This document shows positions 1 to 11,601 of a DNA stretch of 64,000 nt, in pieces. The position numbers were made by a program, and so were the translations under genes. The stretch comes from Octopus bimaculoides (taxonomy: Eukaryota). The notes below the pieces were generated by a model. It made no database searches, was not told the DNA's origin, and saw only the letters and a program-made list of their open reading frames with translations. The DNA is taken from assembly GCF_001194135.2 (NCBI RefSeq), contig NC_068983.1, positions 162,895,499 through 162,959,498 on the forward strand. The letters run 5' to 3'. Every line of letters starts with the position of its first letter. The first letter of the stretch is position 1.

Positions 1-829
1 GGTGGTTTTCTGTATTTGTATGTGTTATATATTTTATATTTTGATTTATATATTATGAAAGCCATGGTAATATTTATTTATATATGATCTATGTTGGAGG
101 TTTCATACCGTATATAAAGTCGTTAAATCATTTCAATGTTTGTTCTATGACCAATGTTTAATTATCCTTGCCTCATTTATTTGACCACTTCTTTTTTTGC
201 AGTCCTATTAACTCTTTGTCTCTTTTGAAAGAAACAATAGTTATACTTGACTATTATATATATATNNNNNNNNNNNNNNNNNNNNNNNNNNNNNNNNNNN
301 NNNNNNNNNNNNNNNNNNNNNNNNNNNNNNNNNNNNNNNNNNNNNNNNNNNNNNNNNNNNNNNNNNNNNNNNNNNNNNNNNNNNNNNNNNNNNNNNNNNN
401 NNNNNNNNNNNNNNNNNNNNNNNNNNNNNNNNNNNNNNNNNNNNNNNNNNNNNNNNNNNNNNNNNNNNNNNNNNNNNNNNNNNNNNNNNNNNNNNNNNNN
501 NNNNNNNNNNNNNNNNNNNNNNNNNNNNNNNNNNNNNNNNNNNNNNNNNNNNNNNNNNNNNNNNNNNNNNNNNNNNNNNNNNNNNNNNNNNNNNNNNNNN
601 NNNNNNNNNNNNNNNNNNNNNNNNNNNNNNNNNNNNNNNNNNNNNNNNNNNNNNNNNNNNNNNNNNNNNNNNNNNNNNNNNNNNNNNNNNNNNNNNNNNN
701 NNNNNNNNNNNNNNNNNNNNNNNNNNNNNNNNNNNNNNNNNNNNNNNNNNNNNNNNNNNNNNNNNNNNNNNNNNNNNNNNNNNNNNNNNNNNNNNNNNNN
801 NNNNNNNNNNNNNNNNNNNNNNNNNNNNN

Positions 830-891
<62 letters not shown>

Positions 892-1996
892 TCAATTAGA
901 AGTTAAACTAGCCTCATTAAGGGATGGCATCATATTATCCATTGCCCACTAAAAACAACCTATAACTCCTTAATCCGGGCATAGACCGATATTAGCCATA
1001 AAATAATACTGTCTGCTGCGATGATTCTAAAATACAAAACATGAAAAAAACTTAACGGGATATCTTTTTCTTCTACTCTCCTGAAGAGATATTGCCTAAT
1101 ATAATGATTTTAATAATTGCTATTTAATCTTTTAGGCTTAATTGAAACAGCTGTAAGGGACTATGTTTGATTTTTGTAGATAATGAATTTTTATTAAATG
1201 CTACATCTCCATTCTCTTATTTTATTTTGAATAAGTGTATATATATATATATACAAACGCACTAACACACACATACTTGGATAGATATAGTCGGGTACCC
1301 AATACTTCATCCAATTAATGTCCAACGGGTTGGTGTTTGAGGGTCCGCCATTGAAATACTTGTCAGTTTGACACGGCTGACGTTGTTTACAGCTGTCAGC
1401 AATATCTATCTGACGATAACTATTACCGAATCAATGATACCTGGGTTTTGTTCAGGAATATATTGCGGTGTCGATGACAGGAATTAAATTGTCAAATCTT
1501 TAGTCTCGAGCTTGACATATCAACTCGTGGAGCCGAACAGAAACAAAATAATGTAAAGAGTAACAACCTTTTATACACGACAGGCTGAACTTGACTTTCT
1601 GTCAGGCTTCAAAACGTTTAATGAAATCGTTTTCTCATTTTTTATTTTTTAAATATTCTTTCTAGAATGTCAGTAAATAGATATTTTGTACGAAATTAGC
1701 TTGATAATTCAATGAAAAAGAAAGATGACAACATCTCTATTCTATCTATATCTCGGTGTTATATTAAAATTCTACTGTTGAAAGGAAAAAAAGCAACAAA
1801 CAAACAAAACCATTTCTGAAGAATTGTGATGTAAAACCTCGCAGTTACCGTCTTCTTTCTGTCACAATAATCGGTAAATAAGATAAATATTTAACAAATT
1901 GTTGATGGAACTCTATCGCAAATATCATTAATAACAACAGCAACGATAATATTAATGGTTTCAAATTTTGTCACAAGGCCAGCAATTGTTCTTGTA

Positions 1997-2079
1997 AAAT
2001 AAGTAACAAGGATGTCCAGGTATTAGTGCATTACAGCCGTTTCAATGCACTAATGCTGGGACATCCTTGTTACTTATTT
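1997..2079. repeat. 36-bp near-perfect inverted repeat (hairpin) with an 11-nt loop
   Basis: Left arm AAATAAGTAACAAGGATGTCCAGGTATTAGTGCATT (1997-2032) matches the reverse complement of 2044-2079 apart from a few central mismatches; loop ACAGCCGTTTC. Confidence 0.9.
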
Positions 2080-2216
2080 GCTTTTTTATTCACCTAACTC
2101 CGAGTTGTGCAGACAATACTGGACAGAATTGGTGCCTCAAATTAAGTGCCCAATTCAACTGAATATTAATTATTTCTTATACAGACATGCATACATACAG
2201 ACATGCATACATACAT

Positions 2217-2271
<55 letters not shown>

Positions 2272-2292
2272 CACACACACATATAAGTGGTA

Positions 2293-2590
2293 AAGACCAC
2301 CTTCGGCCATGAATGGTCATAGAATTGCAGCTGGAAAATTCCCCTCCGTGGCATGTCCGGACAAGGTTGTTTATGGAAGTCTAGCAGTCGCACATGCGTA
2401 CCAGACTCTCCTCTCCACGCCACCAATGTTATCCAGGGGAAAGACAAAGGCAGATACATCTTGGCATCAGTGACGTCATAACTCAACGTGAAATAGAGTG
2501 AAATAGAGTCTTGCTCAAGAACAAAAGGCAGAGCTCGGTCCGGGAATTGAACTCATTGTGAGCCTGATGCTCTAACTCCTGAGCCATACG
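2293..2590 (-). mobile_element. tRNA-derived SINE, family D
   Basis: The reverse complement has a pol III A/B-box head (TGGCTCAGGAGTTAGAGC...GAGTTCAATTCCC) and a body homologous to the plus-strand copy at 62483-62825. Confidence 0.75.
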
Positions 2591-2611
2591 TTATATATAT
2601 ATATATGTGTA

Positions 2612-2760
2612 TGACGGGCTTCTCTCAGTTTCCGTCTACCAAATTCAATCACAAAGCTTTAGTCAACTTGAGGCAATAGTAGAAGTCACTTGACCAAGAT
2701 GCCACGCAATGAGGCTGAACCCGCAACCAAAGCTTTTACCACACAGCCACGCCTGCGCCT
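2612..2760 (-). mobile_element. tRNA-derived SINE, family B (5' half)
   Basis: Homologous to the copies at 13675, 26929 and 42500 (GGCTGTGTGGTAA head, ...GTAGACGGAAACTGAGAGAAGCCCGTC then a TA run). Confidence 0.8.
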
Positions 2761-2800
2761 AGAAGGATGAAATGTGGACGAGAAAGAGAAGGGAAGGATA

Positions 2801-3007
2801 TGGCTTCAAATTTTGGCACAAGGCCTGAAATTTAGTGGAAGGAGACTAGTCGATTACGTCGACTCCAGTATTTCACTGGTACTTAATTTATCGACTCCGA
2901 AATGATGAAAGGCAAAGTCGACCACGGCGCAATTTGAACGTGAGACGGACGAAATGCCACTAAGCATTTTGCCCGGCGAGGTAACGATTCTGTTAGCTCG
3001 CCGCCTT
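2801..3007 (-). mobile_element. tRNA-derived SINE, family A
   Basis: Matches the family consensus seen about 20 times in the window: GGCGGCGAGCTGGCAGAATCGTTAGC head, GAGTTCAAATTCC B box, GTCGACTTTGCCTTTCATCCTTTCGGGGTCGATAAA core, CCTTGTGCCAAAATTTGAAACC tail. Confidence 0.9.
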
Positions 3008-3134
3008 AGACGGGAAGGCTATTAGAAGAGGAAATAATGGAACTATAACGGTGAGTTTACTTATGTATGTATATAAGTATATACATAAATATACATATAT
3101 ACATACTTATGTATGTATATATTTNNNNNNNNNN

Positions 3135-3168
<34 letters not shown>

Positions 3169-4429
3169 TATATATGTGTATCTGTATATAATGATATAAT
3201 GATAACGTTTGAAAGATATATTGAAAACGTATGGAGAGACAGAGAGAGACAGAGAGAGAGGGTAGAGAAAGAGACAGTGATAGACCGATCGAATGAGTAT
3301 AATTACAGAAAGGACACAAGATTGATAGTATGAATGATTTTAGACAGAAGAAATTCCAAATTGAAGAAGTAAGGAGCCAAAAGAAAGTATATTTCGACAA
3401 TATCTCTGCAAGAGAGACGCACAGACAGAGAGAAGATATTATTTGAAGATTGCATTGGAACAAATCATAAACAGGCTTTTATAGATAAGATAGACAGATG
3501 AAACGAAAACAACCACACAGTCAAAACAAGAAAATAAATGAAATAAAAATAATATAGTTGCCGACATCTGAAATAAATAAGAGTTTAGGAAAATGCTTCC
3601 TTAGAAAAATTAGAGAAATAATATTAAAACTATACAAAAATAAATAAAAAGCGAAATGGAAAAAAAACTATAAAGCGAAAATGCTAACAATTTAAAGAGA
3701 AAGAAGAAAAACATGACACTTGTGTTTTGTGAAGTTTGTGTAGGAAAAAAAAATGGCGACAGCAGAGACAAAAAAGATAAAACGAGAATAAATTTAATAA
3801 AACAAAAAAGTGACATTTTTCTGAAAAAATGTTTTATTGAAATATTTTTTAAACATTTATCACCAATGCTAATGATTCCTTTTTTTCATTTTCCATTTGA
3901 CATGATCGATCTTTATTTATGTTTTTTTTTCATATTTTGGATGCTTCAAGACTTTGTTTTATGGCCTTCCTGTCAAATGAAGGCACCCATTCCAAAATTA
4001 TTCGTTGTAGCGTGAACCAACGACAATATAGCTGGTTGGACTGGCAGAGTTGTTATAGCGTCAAGCAAAATACTTTGTGGTATTTCATACAGCCCTTTAC
4101 ATCCCACCAAGGTCGACTTTGCTTTCTGTTTGTCCTGGGACGGTATATAGAACACCTATCGAGAAATAAAGTCGATTGTTCACCAATCCATAACTTGTAC
4201 CTTTGTTAGAAGTTATCATCCTGTTTTTAACCATTCCACATTAATTTATGTTGTACCACCAGGTACACCTCTATATACCTGAGATGTGTACAGCATCATT
4301 CTTGAATGATGTAGAAGTGAGTGTCTATATACTTTGTGGAATTTGATTGCTTTTTTCCCTGACTTTACTTTAAAATTTCGTCTGTTTACTTCGTCAAATA
4401 CGTCTTCTGTAAGTTGTATTATCATGTCA

Positions 4430-5005
4430 GCTCGGATGTTTGGGTCATGTGTTGGCGTTGCTGTGCATTGCTGTATTCACCATTTGTCGGTGTATTCCTG
4501 GGTCCTCCCGGGCGATCCGTCGACTCAAGTCCCTGTCAGTCTCCATCGCTGTGAGATACATCCTCGTCTGCCATGTGAGATGTGGTCGACCAACATGAGC
4601 TGTCAACCCAGCCGGGTCCTCAGTGAAGAGAACACAGCAAGCAGGGTCTGACTCGGAAAAATCAAGCAACTTAGCAAGAAGTCTGAGCTGGTGCACCCGC
4701 ATCATGCAAGAAGATGCATCCCAGTAGTTTCTGAGTATAACCATTGGTTGGATACGAAATGCGATCAATGGTAATCTATAATCAATGGTAATCTATGGTA
4801 ATCTATAATCCTGAGAACTGGTGCAGTTGTAGGCTCATTGGACAAAGATGTTTGGCGCTGCCAAATTTTGTGCAGATGGAAAGAAATCGGGTCTTTAGAT
4901 CTATGGTTTTTCCTGTTTCGTTCTGTAGTTGTGAGACATGGACACCGTCCGGGTCACTTTGGAACGCCTGAACATCTTCGGTTCCAGGATATTAGGGCGA
5001 TTATG
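4430..5005 (-). mobile_element. RTE-clade LINE 3' fragment with an inverted 5' segment (pseudogenised RT C-terminus)
   Basis: Minus 4430-4815 reads (with frameshifts) IxxYHxSHFVSNQWL..ETTGM..HQLRLLAKLLDFSESDPA..VGRPHLTW..DRDL. Plus 4815-5005 reads SLDKDVWRCQILC..VFRSMVFPV..SCETWT..RLNIFGSRIL, which is the RT segment immediately upstream in RTE proteins. Confidence 0.8.
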
Positions 5006-5149
5006 ACTTTTATGTCCTCTGTGAGTTGAGTTACTTTTTGTGGTGGTTAGGATGATGATGGTGCTGGTGGAGATCGGTGATTATATTCTTATGTATTATA
5101 TGTGTGTTGTGTTATTTAGTTTTAGTAGTCCGCTAGGAATAGTGTAGAG

Positions 5150-5414
5150 CAGAGGTTCTCAATAGGAGTCCTCAATGACCCTTGGGAGGTCATTCAAAAT
5201 TTTGTTTTTAAAATTTATCCGCAATAAATGGTTTATGCTTCTACAATACAAAAAATACTTAAATATTTAAAAAAAATTAAAATCTTAATAATATTTCATT
5301 ATAAAAATACAAAAGGAGTTTTTAGACATTAGATGACTATGAGGATCCCATCCCTATGAGTAAAATAGGAAACAAAAGGGCCCATGGGGAAAAAAAAATG
5401 GTTGAGAAGCACTG
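5150..5414. mobile_element. hAT (Charlie-like) MITE
   Basis: TIRs CAGAGGTTCTCAA and TTGAGAAGCACTG; 8-bp TSD GTGTAGAG (5142-5149) / ATGTAGAG (5415-5422). Confidence 0.85.
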
Positions 5415-5562
5415 ATGTAGAGTATGGCAGAGCATAGCTTGTGTTTATTAACGGCATCAATTAACTAAAATACTGTCTTCACATTATTGAGCAGTCATTG
5501 TATAGAATATGTGTTGTGTGGACGATGTTATACTATCACTGTCACATAATGGTTGTTATACT

Positions 5563-5765
5563 GATTTCAAATTTTGGCACAAAACCAGCAATTTTTGGGG
5601 AGGGAGTAGGTCGATTACATCACCCCCACTGCTCAACTGGTACTTATTTTATCGACCTCGAAATGATGAAAAGCCAAGCTAACCTGTGCGGAATTTGAAC
5701 TCAGAACGCAAAGACGGACGAAATACCGCTAAGCATTGCTAACGATTCTGCTTGCTCGCTGCCTT
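5563..5765 (-). mobile_element. SINE family A
   Basis: Full head, core and tail match the family consensus. Confidence 0.9.
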
Positions 5766-6099
5766 GTTAACTGACTGGTATATTTCTGTGACATTGCTGT
5801 CTGTTGTGTTATTGTTACATTATTGGTTGTTATGTTGTTTGATGTTGTCTGTGTTTGGTACGAGTTGTGTAAGTTATTGGTGATATATCAAATGTTATGC
5901 TATCAATTATCGATTTTATAAAAGTCTATGTTTGTATTATTCTACTGAGTGATGGCGACGACGACGACCACTTTATAGACTAAGAGTTGTGTATTTTGTT
6001 ATGTCATCTGGGTAGTGATTCTACGCTGTATCTTTCTTGTGACCTGAGATTTTTCGCATAATGATGGTTGTAGAGAATTTACATGCAGAAAATCTGTTG

Positions 6100-7400
6100 T
6101 GTTAGTTGTGAAGCTAAGCACCAGAAAATCCATTCTGGGCGGCAGCAGCAGCAGCTTCTTGCTTCATCAATTGTACGGTTAAAGCGGCTGAGGTCCGGAC
6201 CCGCAAGTTGGTGGGATCTGGGACATGGTTACGAGTCAGGGGATTAGGATCTTCTGTACAAAAGGGCTGAAAAAGAGACGTTTCTGAAAGTTTGAGTAGA
6301 GTTGGGGAGCATAGGCATCGCCTTTGTAACGTGTTATTATAGTTTGACTGTTGTACTTGTCGCCTGACCGCATATTGACCGCAGGTGGGAGTATATTATC
6401 TTCCATGTGAAAGGATCGGGCACACGCTCTGGTCAGTAGATTCATCTATTGGCCGTACACTATGCATGGATTTCTGGAAAGCGGTATGGTTTGGTTGCCG
6501 TTTGTAAAAGATGCACGTCTATAGCAAGTCTCTGCTGTATTTGCAAATCCAGGTCAAACGTCGACCAATATTCTAGGTTTTGAATTTGGAATATTGTTCT
6601 CTAAATAACCGGAACAGTGGAACGTCAAGACTTTTGTGCTCCTGAAGTTTCGAGAAGATTTTACGGTGAGATAACTTTACTAAACACCCCTCGAATTGCA
6701 TGTCGTACAAATTGGAAGGACATAATGCAAAATGATGGACGAGGAAGTCACATCTGAATCTCCTTCAATCATCATTGATTCGATAAAGACCGATCTTTGG
6801 TTATACGACAATAAAAACAAAGCATGGAAATAGGCCCACAAAAGAGATCTATGTTGACGTTCGATCTGCTAGAAATAGTAACCAAATTATTTTCTAATCA
6901 TGATATGCAATCTTTGGCCAAATATCCATTGAATGATGTAGTCCAGAGGTAAAACATTCAGGATGCTCATAGTTCTTGCTGTTTCAATGTAAGAAAAGCA
7001 CTGATTAAAAGAGTTGCGTTGATTAGTTGTCAAATTCACTCTAGTGGAAGAAACACGTGTTCTTATGACACTGAAACATCAGTTTGAAGAAAAAAAGGAG
7101 GTCTCTGAATAGTAAACAACGTTTCCACTTTTTGTTAGTATTTTCACCTCTTTAGATGGACTTGCAATCACGGATTCAAGGGTTGACAAAAGTTGGGTAT
7201 ATGGCAACAGTTTCCTGAGCAATGTGGCCGGTGGAAGTCTTTTTCCAGGAGACGTTTAAGTCAGTGATTATAGGCAATATGTATAGTTTTACGTTTGGAG
7301 TTCGAAATCCATAAGAATCGAATGGAGCCAATAAAAAGAGTAGGATCTAATGATTTGTGAAATATTCCTGCTGAAAAATCTTTGGAACTTTGGTGAGAGT
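6100..7400 (-). mobile_element. Highly decayed Penelope-like RT relic
   Basis: Scattered minus-strand peptides resemble PLE RT motifs in the expected order (RTPNVKLYILPII; SNLYDMQFE; TFDLDLQI; IVYGQxMNLLTRACA), with many stops and frameshifts. Confidence 0.4.
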
Positions 7401-7422
7401 TAAGTAGCATAGTGTTTAATAA

Positions 7423-7646
7423 TGGTTTCAAATTTTGGCACAAGGTCAGAGATTTCGGGGAAATGGCAGGGTGGAGTCAAATCGATTACACTGATCCCAG
7501 TGCTCAACTGGTACTTATTTTACCGACCCCGAAAGGATCAAAAGCAAAGTCGACCTTGGCGGAATTTGAACTCAGAACGTAAAGGCGGACGAAATGACGC
7601 TAATCATTTTGTCCGGCCTGCTAACGATTCTGCCAGTTCGCCATCT
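7423..7646 (-). mobile_element. SINE family A
   Basis: Full consensus match. Confidence 0.9.
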
Positions 7647-7867
7647 TAACACAGTTGTTATGAGGATAAATGATATTCCAGTTGTGTTACTCTGTTGGAA
7701 GTTAACAGGAAATGTCCTGGTTTTAGAGATTATGGATCGAAACAGTCGAGAAGAGTTCATCAGAACGGAGAACTGTGTGGGCAGTTTTGTGTGTAATGAG
7801 AGTTAAGTAAGAGAGGGAGAGAGAGAAAGAGCGATGGAGAGGGATAGATATATAGATAGATAGATAC

Positions 7868-7898
<31 letters not shown>

Positions 7899-8579
7899 GA
7901 GATTAATGTCATTGTACTTGTATTGAGAATAAAAAGTATTGGAATATATTTGATATCAGTTTCATAGGCAGCAGAGTAGGTTAGAAAGCTGCGAAGAGAG
8001 ATTGTTAAAAGTGGGTTACTGCAACGATTAAAATTTGTTGAATAATTAAGTGAATAGTTTCATAATTAGGCCTCGAAATTTTACATTATAAATGCAGTAT
8101 GAATGACAGATCAATAAAGAGATTGTTAGCTAGACCAGAAGCTAGTTTTCGGATTCTAATCGAATTGATAATCTGTCCACAACAATAAGAATTTATTTCT
8201 TTGTCAAGAGACCTCTTATGGGAATAGTTGAATATCTGAATAGCGAACATAATTTATGGCATTTTCAACTGATAAACACAAGGCACTGCTGAATATTATA
8301 GAGTTGGTACATGACATGCAACATCATATTAGTCACGACATAAGTAAGTAGACACATCAACAACATTCTATAGGGTCAACATATTGGTGTAGAATAACAT
8401 GGCGTGAAGGAAATATTTTTGAATGAGGCGAGCAATAATAGAACTGGCATAGCAAGCATGAAGTCAGTTCTAGCTTCACACAGCATGAATAGTAGAATAT
8501 AAGAGTAAAACGGTCAGCATTGGAACAACAGATCGAAATGGCAATAAAAGAAACAAGAAATGGGTTCGATTATGATATC

Positions 8580-8761
8580 GATTTCAAATTTTGGACATGG
8601 GCAACAATTTCAGGAAAAAGGCAACAATTTCATCGACACCAGTGTGCAGCTGGTATTTATTCTATCGGTCCCGAAAAGGATAAAAATGTTAAGTCGAACT
8701 CGGCGTAATTTGAACTCAGAACCTAAAGAAAAACTACTGTTAAGCATTCTTCCACCTCAGA
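8580..8761 (-). mobile_element. SINE family A, degenerate, with 15-bp TSD
   Basis: Core match; flanked by TTCGATTATGATATC (8565-8579) and TTCAATTATGATATC (8762-8776). Confidence 0.8.
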
Positions 8762-8859
8762 TTCAATTATGATATCATGAGTTGAATGTAATCGATTAAA
8801 TTTAAACTTAAATCGGAATATCGAATTGAACTCAAATACCATAATTGTTTAGAGATAAA

Positions 8860-9103
8860 AAGGTGGCGAGCCGGCAGAATCGTTAGCACGCTGGACGAAA
8901 TGCTTAGCGGTATTTCGATCGTCGCTACGTTCTGAATTCTGTCGAGGTCGACTTTGCATTTAATCCTTTCGGGATCGATAAATTAAGTACCAGTTGCGTA
9001 CTGGGTTCAATCTAATCAACTGGCCCTTTCAGCGGAATTTGAACTCAGAACATAGCGCTAAGCATTTCGCCCGGCGTAGTAACGATTCTGCCAGCTCGCC
9101 GCT
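8860..9103. mobile_element. Two abutting SINE A copies in opposite orientation
   Basis: Plus copy 8860-9027 (GGTGGCGAGCCGGCAGAATCGTTAGC...) is joined directly to a minus head 9031-9103 (...GATTCTGCCAGCTCGCCGC). Confidence 0.85.
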
Positions 9104-9309
9104 TTGTAATACGTTATAATACGGAGCTACATACCTACACGCGTACTTGCATATACATACCATACATACAAACTATATCAGGGTATTGACCAGACTTTCG
9201 GATGTTGTTATACATCGTTAGTCACAACGTATAGCTTTTGAATGACGCCATCCTAGTAGTTAGGCGATTGATTGCTGTTCTATCACAGGGTTACAGCTGA
9301 GGGGATGAG

Positions 9310-9427
9310 GTCCATGTGAAATAAAATGTTTCGCTCAAGATCACAACGTGCTGCCCGGTCCGGAGATTGAACCCATGATCATGCGATCGTGAGTGCAATA
9401 GCCTAATCACTAAGCCACGCGCCTTCA
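9310..9427 (-). mobile_element. SINE family D-like head
   Basis: Reverse complement GCGTGGCTTAGTGATTAGG...GGGTTCAATCTCCGGACCGGGCAGCACGTTGTGATCTTGAGC resembles the 62483 copy. Confidence 0.65.
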
Positions 9428-9475
9428 TATGTATTATATATGTGGCTGCAGTTAAATGACTTAAACAAATAAAAG

Positions 9476-9578
<103 letters not shown>

Positions 9579-9614
9579 AACACTGATGTTTGTTTTTATG
9601 TTCCATTATAATCC

Positions 9615-9807
9615 TTTCTATTATAGGTGCAAGGCCTGATATCTTGGGGGAAGGGACTCCAATATTTAAGTGGTACTTATTTTATCGATCTCGAAAGGAT
9701 AAAAGACAAAGTCGACCTCCACGAAATATGAACTCAGAATGTAATGCCGGACGAAATGCCGCTAAGCATTTCGCCCGGCGTGCTAATGATTCTGTACCTC
9801 ACCGCCT
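9615..9807 (-). mobile_element. SINE family A with probable TSD
   Basis: Core and head match; flanks TTATGTTCCATTATAAT / TTATGTTCAGTTATAAT. Confidence 0.8.
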
Positions 9808-9944
9808 TATGTTCAGTTATAATAAAACCAGTTTTACTTTAATCCGATGGGTTATTCTATGCTTTTGGAGAGAACAAATTTATTATTCTGGTGTATGAAT
9901 AATATGAAAAGTCTCCTAACACAAGCCCGAATAATGTTTGCTTC

Positions 9945-10231
9945 TCAAACCCTTTTTCATGGGGCCGAAGAGGTGATAGTCCAGTGACGAAGAAATGAAA
10001 ACTGTAGTGAAGAAGTGGCTCAAAGAACAGTCAACAGAATTTTACGGGGCAGGGATACATGCTCTCATTCGAAGGTGCAACATTACTATTGAGTGAAACG
10101 GTGACTACGTTGAGAAGTAGGGATGTGATCCACAGAGGTCCAGCTTCATTTGCATGTATGATACATGTTCCTGTGTTGGTAATTATACCTGTCCTAAACA
10201 AAATGGCATTACTTTTTGATTCACCCTCGTA
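9945..10231 (+). mobile_element. Mariner transposon 3' fragment with right TIR
   Basis: Translates as SSDEEMKTVVKKWLKEQSTEFYGAGIHALIRRCNITIE*NGDYVEK*, a typical mariner C-terminus; ends GGCATTACTTTTTGATTCACCCTCG + TA. Confidence 0.85.
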
Positions 10232-10311
10232 CAACATCTATGATTGTTCTAGACATTTAATGTATTCATTATAATCAAGAATGGAGATTCAGTTTAGTTA
10301 AACGAAACATT

Positions 10312-10528
10312 GGTTTTTACATTCTGGCGCAAGACCAGCAATCTTGGGATAAGGGATCAGCCATTTACGTCGAACCCAGTGTTCAAGTGGTGCTTATTTT
10401 ATCGACCCCGGAAGGATGAAAAGCAACGTTTACCCCAACGGAATTTTGAACTCAGAACGTTAAGACGGACGAAATGCCACTAAGCATTTTGTTCGGCGTG
10501 CTAACGATTTTGCCAGCTCACTGCTTTT
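10312..10528 (-). mobile_element. SINE family A with 15-bp TSD
   Basis: Consensus match; GTTAAACGAAACATT (10297-10311) / GTTAAACGAAATATT (10529-10543). Confidence 0.85.
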
Positions 10529-11204
10529 GTTAAACGAAATATTCAAATACTTTTTTCTGTTCCATTAGAGCTTAATCAATTCAAAATTTTATACGAAATA
10601 TTGTGATATATAAATAATTAAGCGGAGAAACTAAAAACAGGAATTAAAGAGAAGAATGAAATATTTAAAGACATATGTGGAGATAAGACAATCATGAAAA
10701 ATAGATAAGAAAACAGTGAAAGCATAAAGAGAAAAAAAAAACTATTAACGTTAAGAGCGTTAATTAATAAACTTTATCTCTGTTTTTCACCATACTTCAT
10801 TGACAAGTGTTATTTAAGTAATCTCAATTGTTTGGGTCAGTTAGCAATTGCTGTTATCTTTGCGAGAGAGTACCCGGAATATATTTGGTTATCAGACATT
10901 GTTGTCTTGAAATCACAACAAATGAAATCAATGGATCGAAGAACCATTGGCTCAAAAGACAAATTGTTGATTGTGTTAAGATTAGCTTTTATCGAATGTC
11001 AGGAATAATAAAAGTTTTTCGCAAGTTCTTTAGATATGCTGACAACAACAAATTCTAAGTTGTTTTAGCGGTTCGGTGCATAAACGTAGTTGGCCCGGTG
11101 ATATGAAAACGGAAAGCTAGATGAAAGATCGATCGATCGTATTTTGTCTCTTGTCGTGCTTTGTATCAGTGATCGAATCACCAGAATATTAATATTCAAA
11201 CCTT

Positions 11205-11518
11205 CATGATCTAGTAGATCTAAGGTACTGCACGCTCGATCGGCAGATCGTAGGTTCGATTCCCAGATCGGACAGATTTTTCTGTTCTTCAGCAAATCAC
11301 TTCACTTCACGTTGCTATAGTACTTTGTGGGGATTGACATAGCAAAGAATAAACCCAATGTCTCCCCTGCTTGTCTTAAAAGGTTGGAGTAGGATTTGCA
11401 CGCCAACCTCTTAAAATCCTCGCCAGCAAAGACTATTCACACAGACCCATGGAATGGAGGGATTTTAGCCTGAATGGTATAAAAGTGTTATCTGCCAGGA
11501 ATAGCAGGGAATCATACG

Positions 11519-11601
<83 letters not shown>
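11205..11601 (+). mobile_element. Probable SINE (D-like head) ending in (TAC)n then (CTG)n
   Basis: B-box GGTTCGATTCCCAG at about 11253, a body containing CTCCCCTGCTTGTC, then trinucleotide arrays at 11519-11601. Confidence 0.5.

Noticed and set aside
168-899. Long ORFs of 200-320 aa here and at 25493, 29327, 36381, 42738, 43602, 52791, 56405 and 59007
   Set aside because: They are open only because they run through N gaps and dinucleotide or tandem repeats.
8200-8560. Possible very old RTE relic
   Set aside because: Only a vague peptide resemblance; not enough to call.
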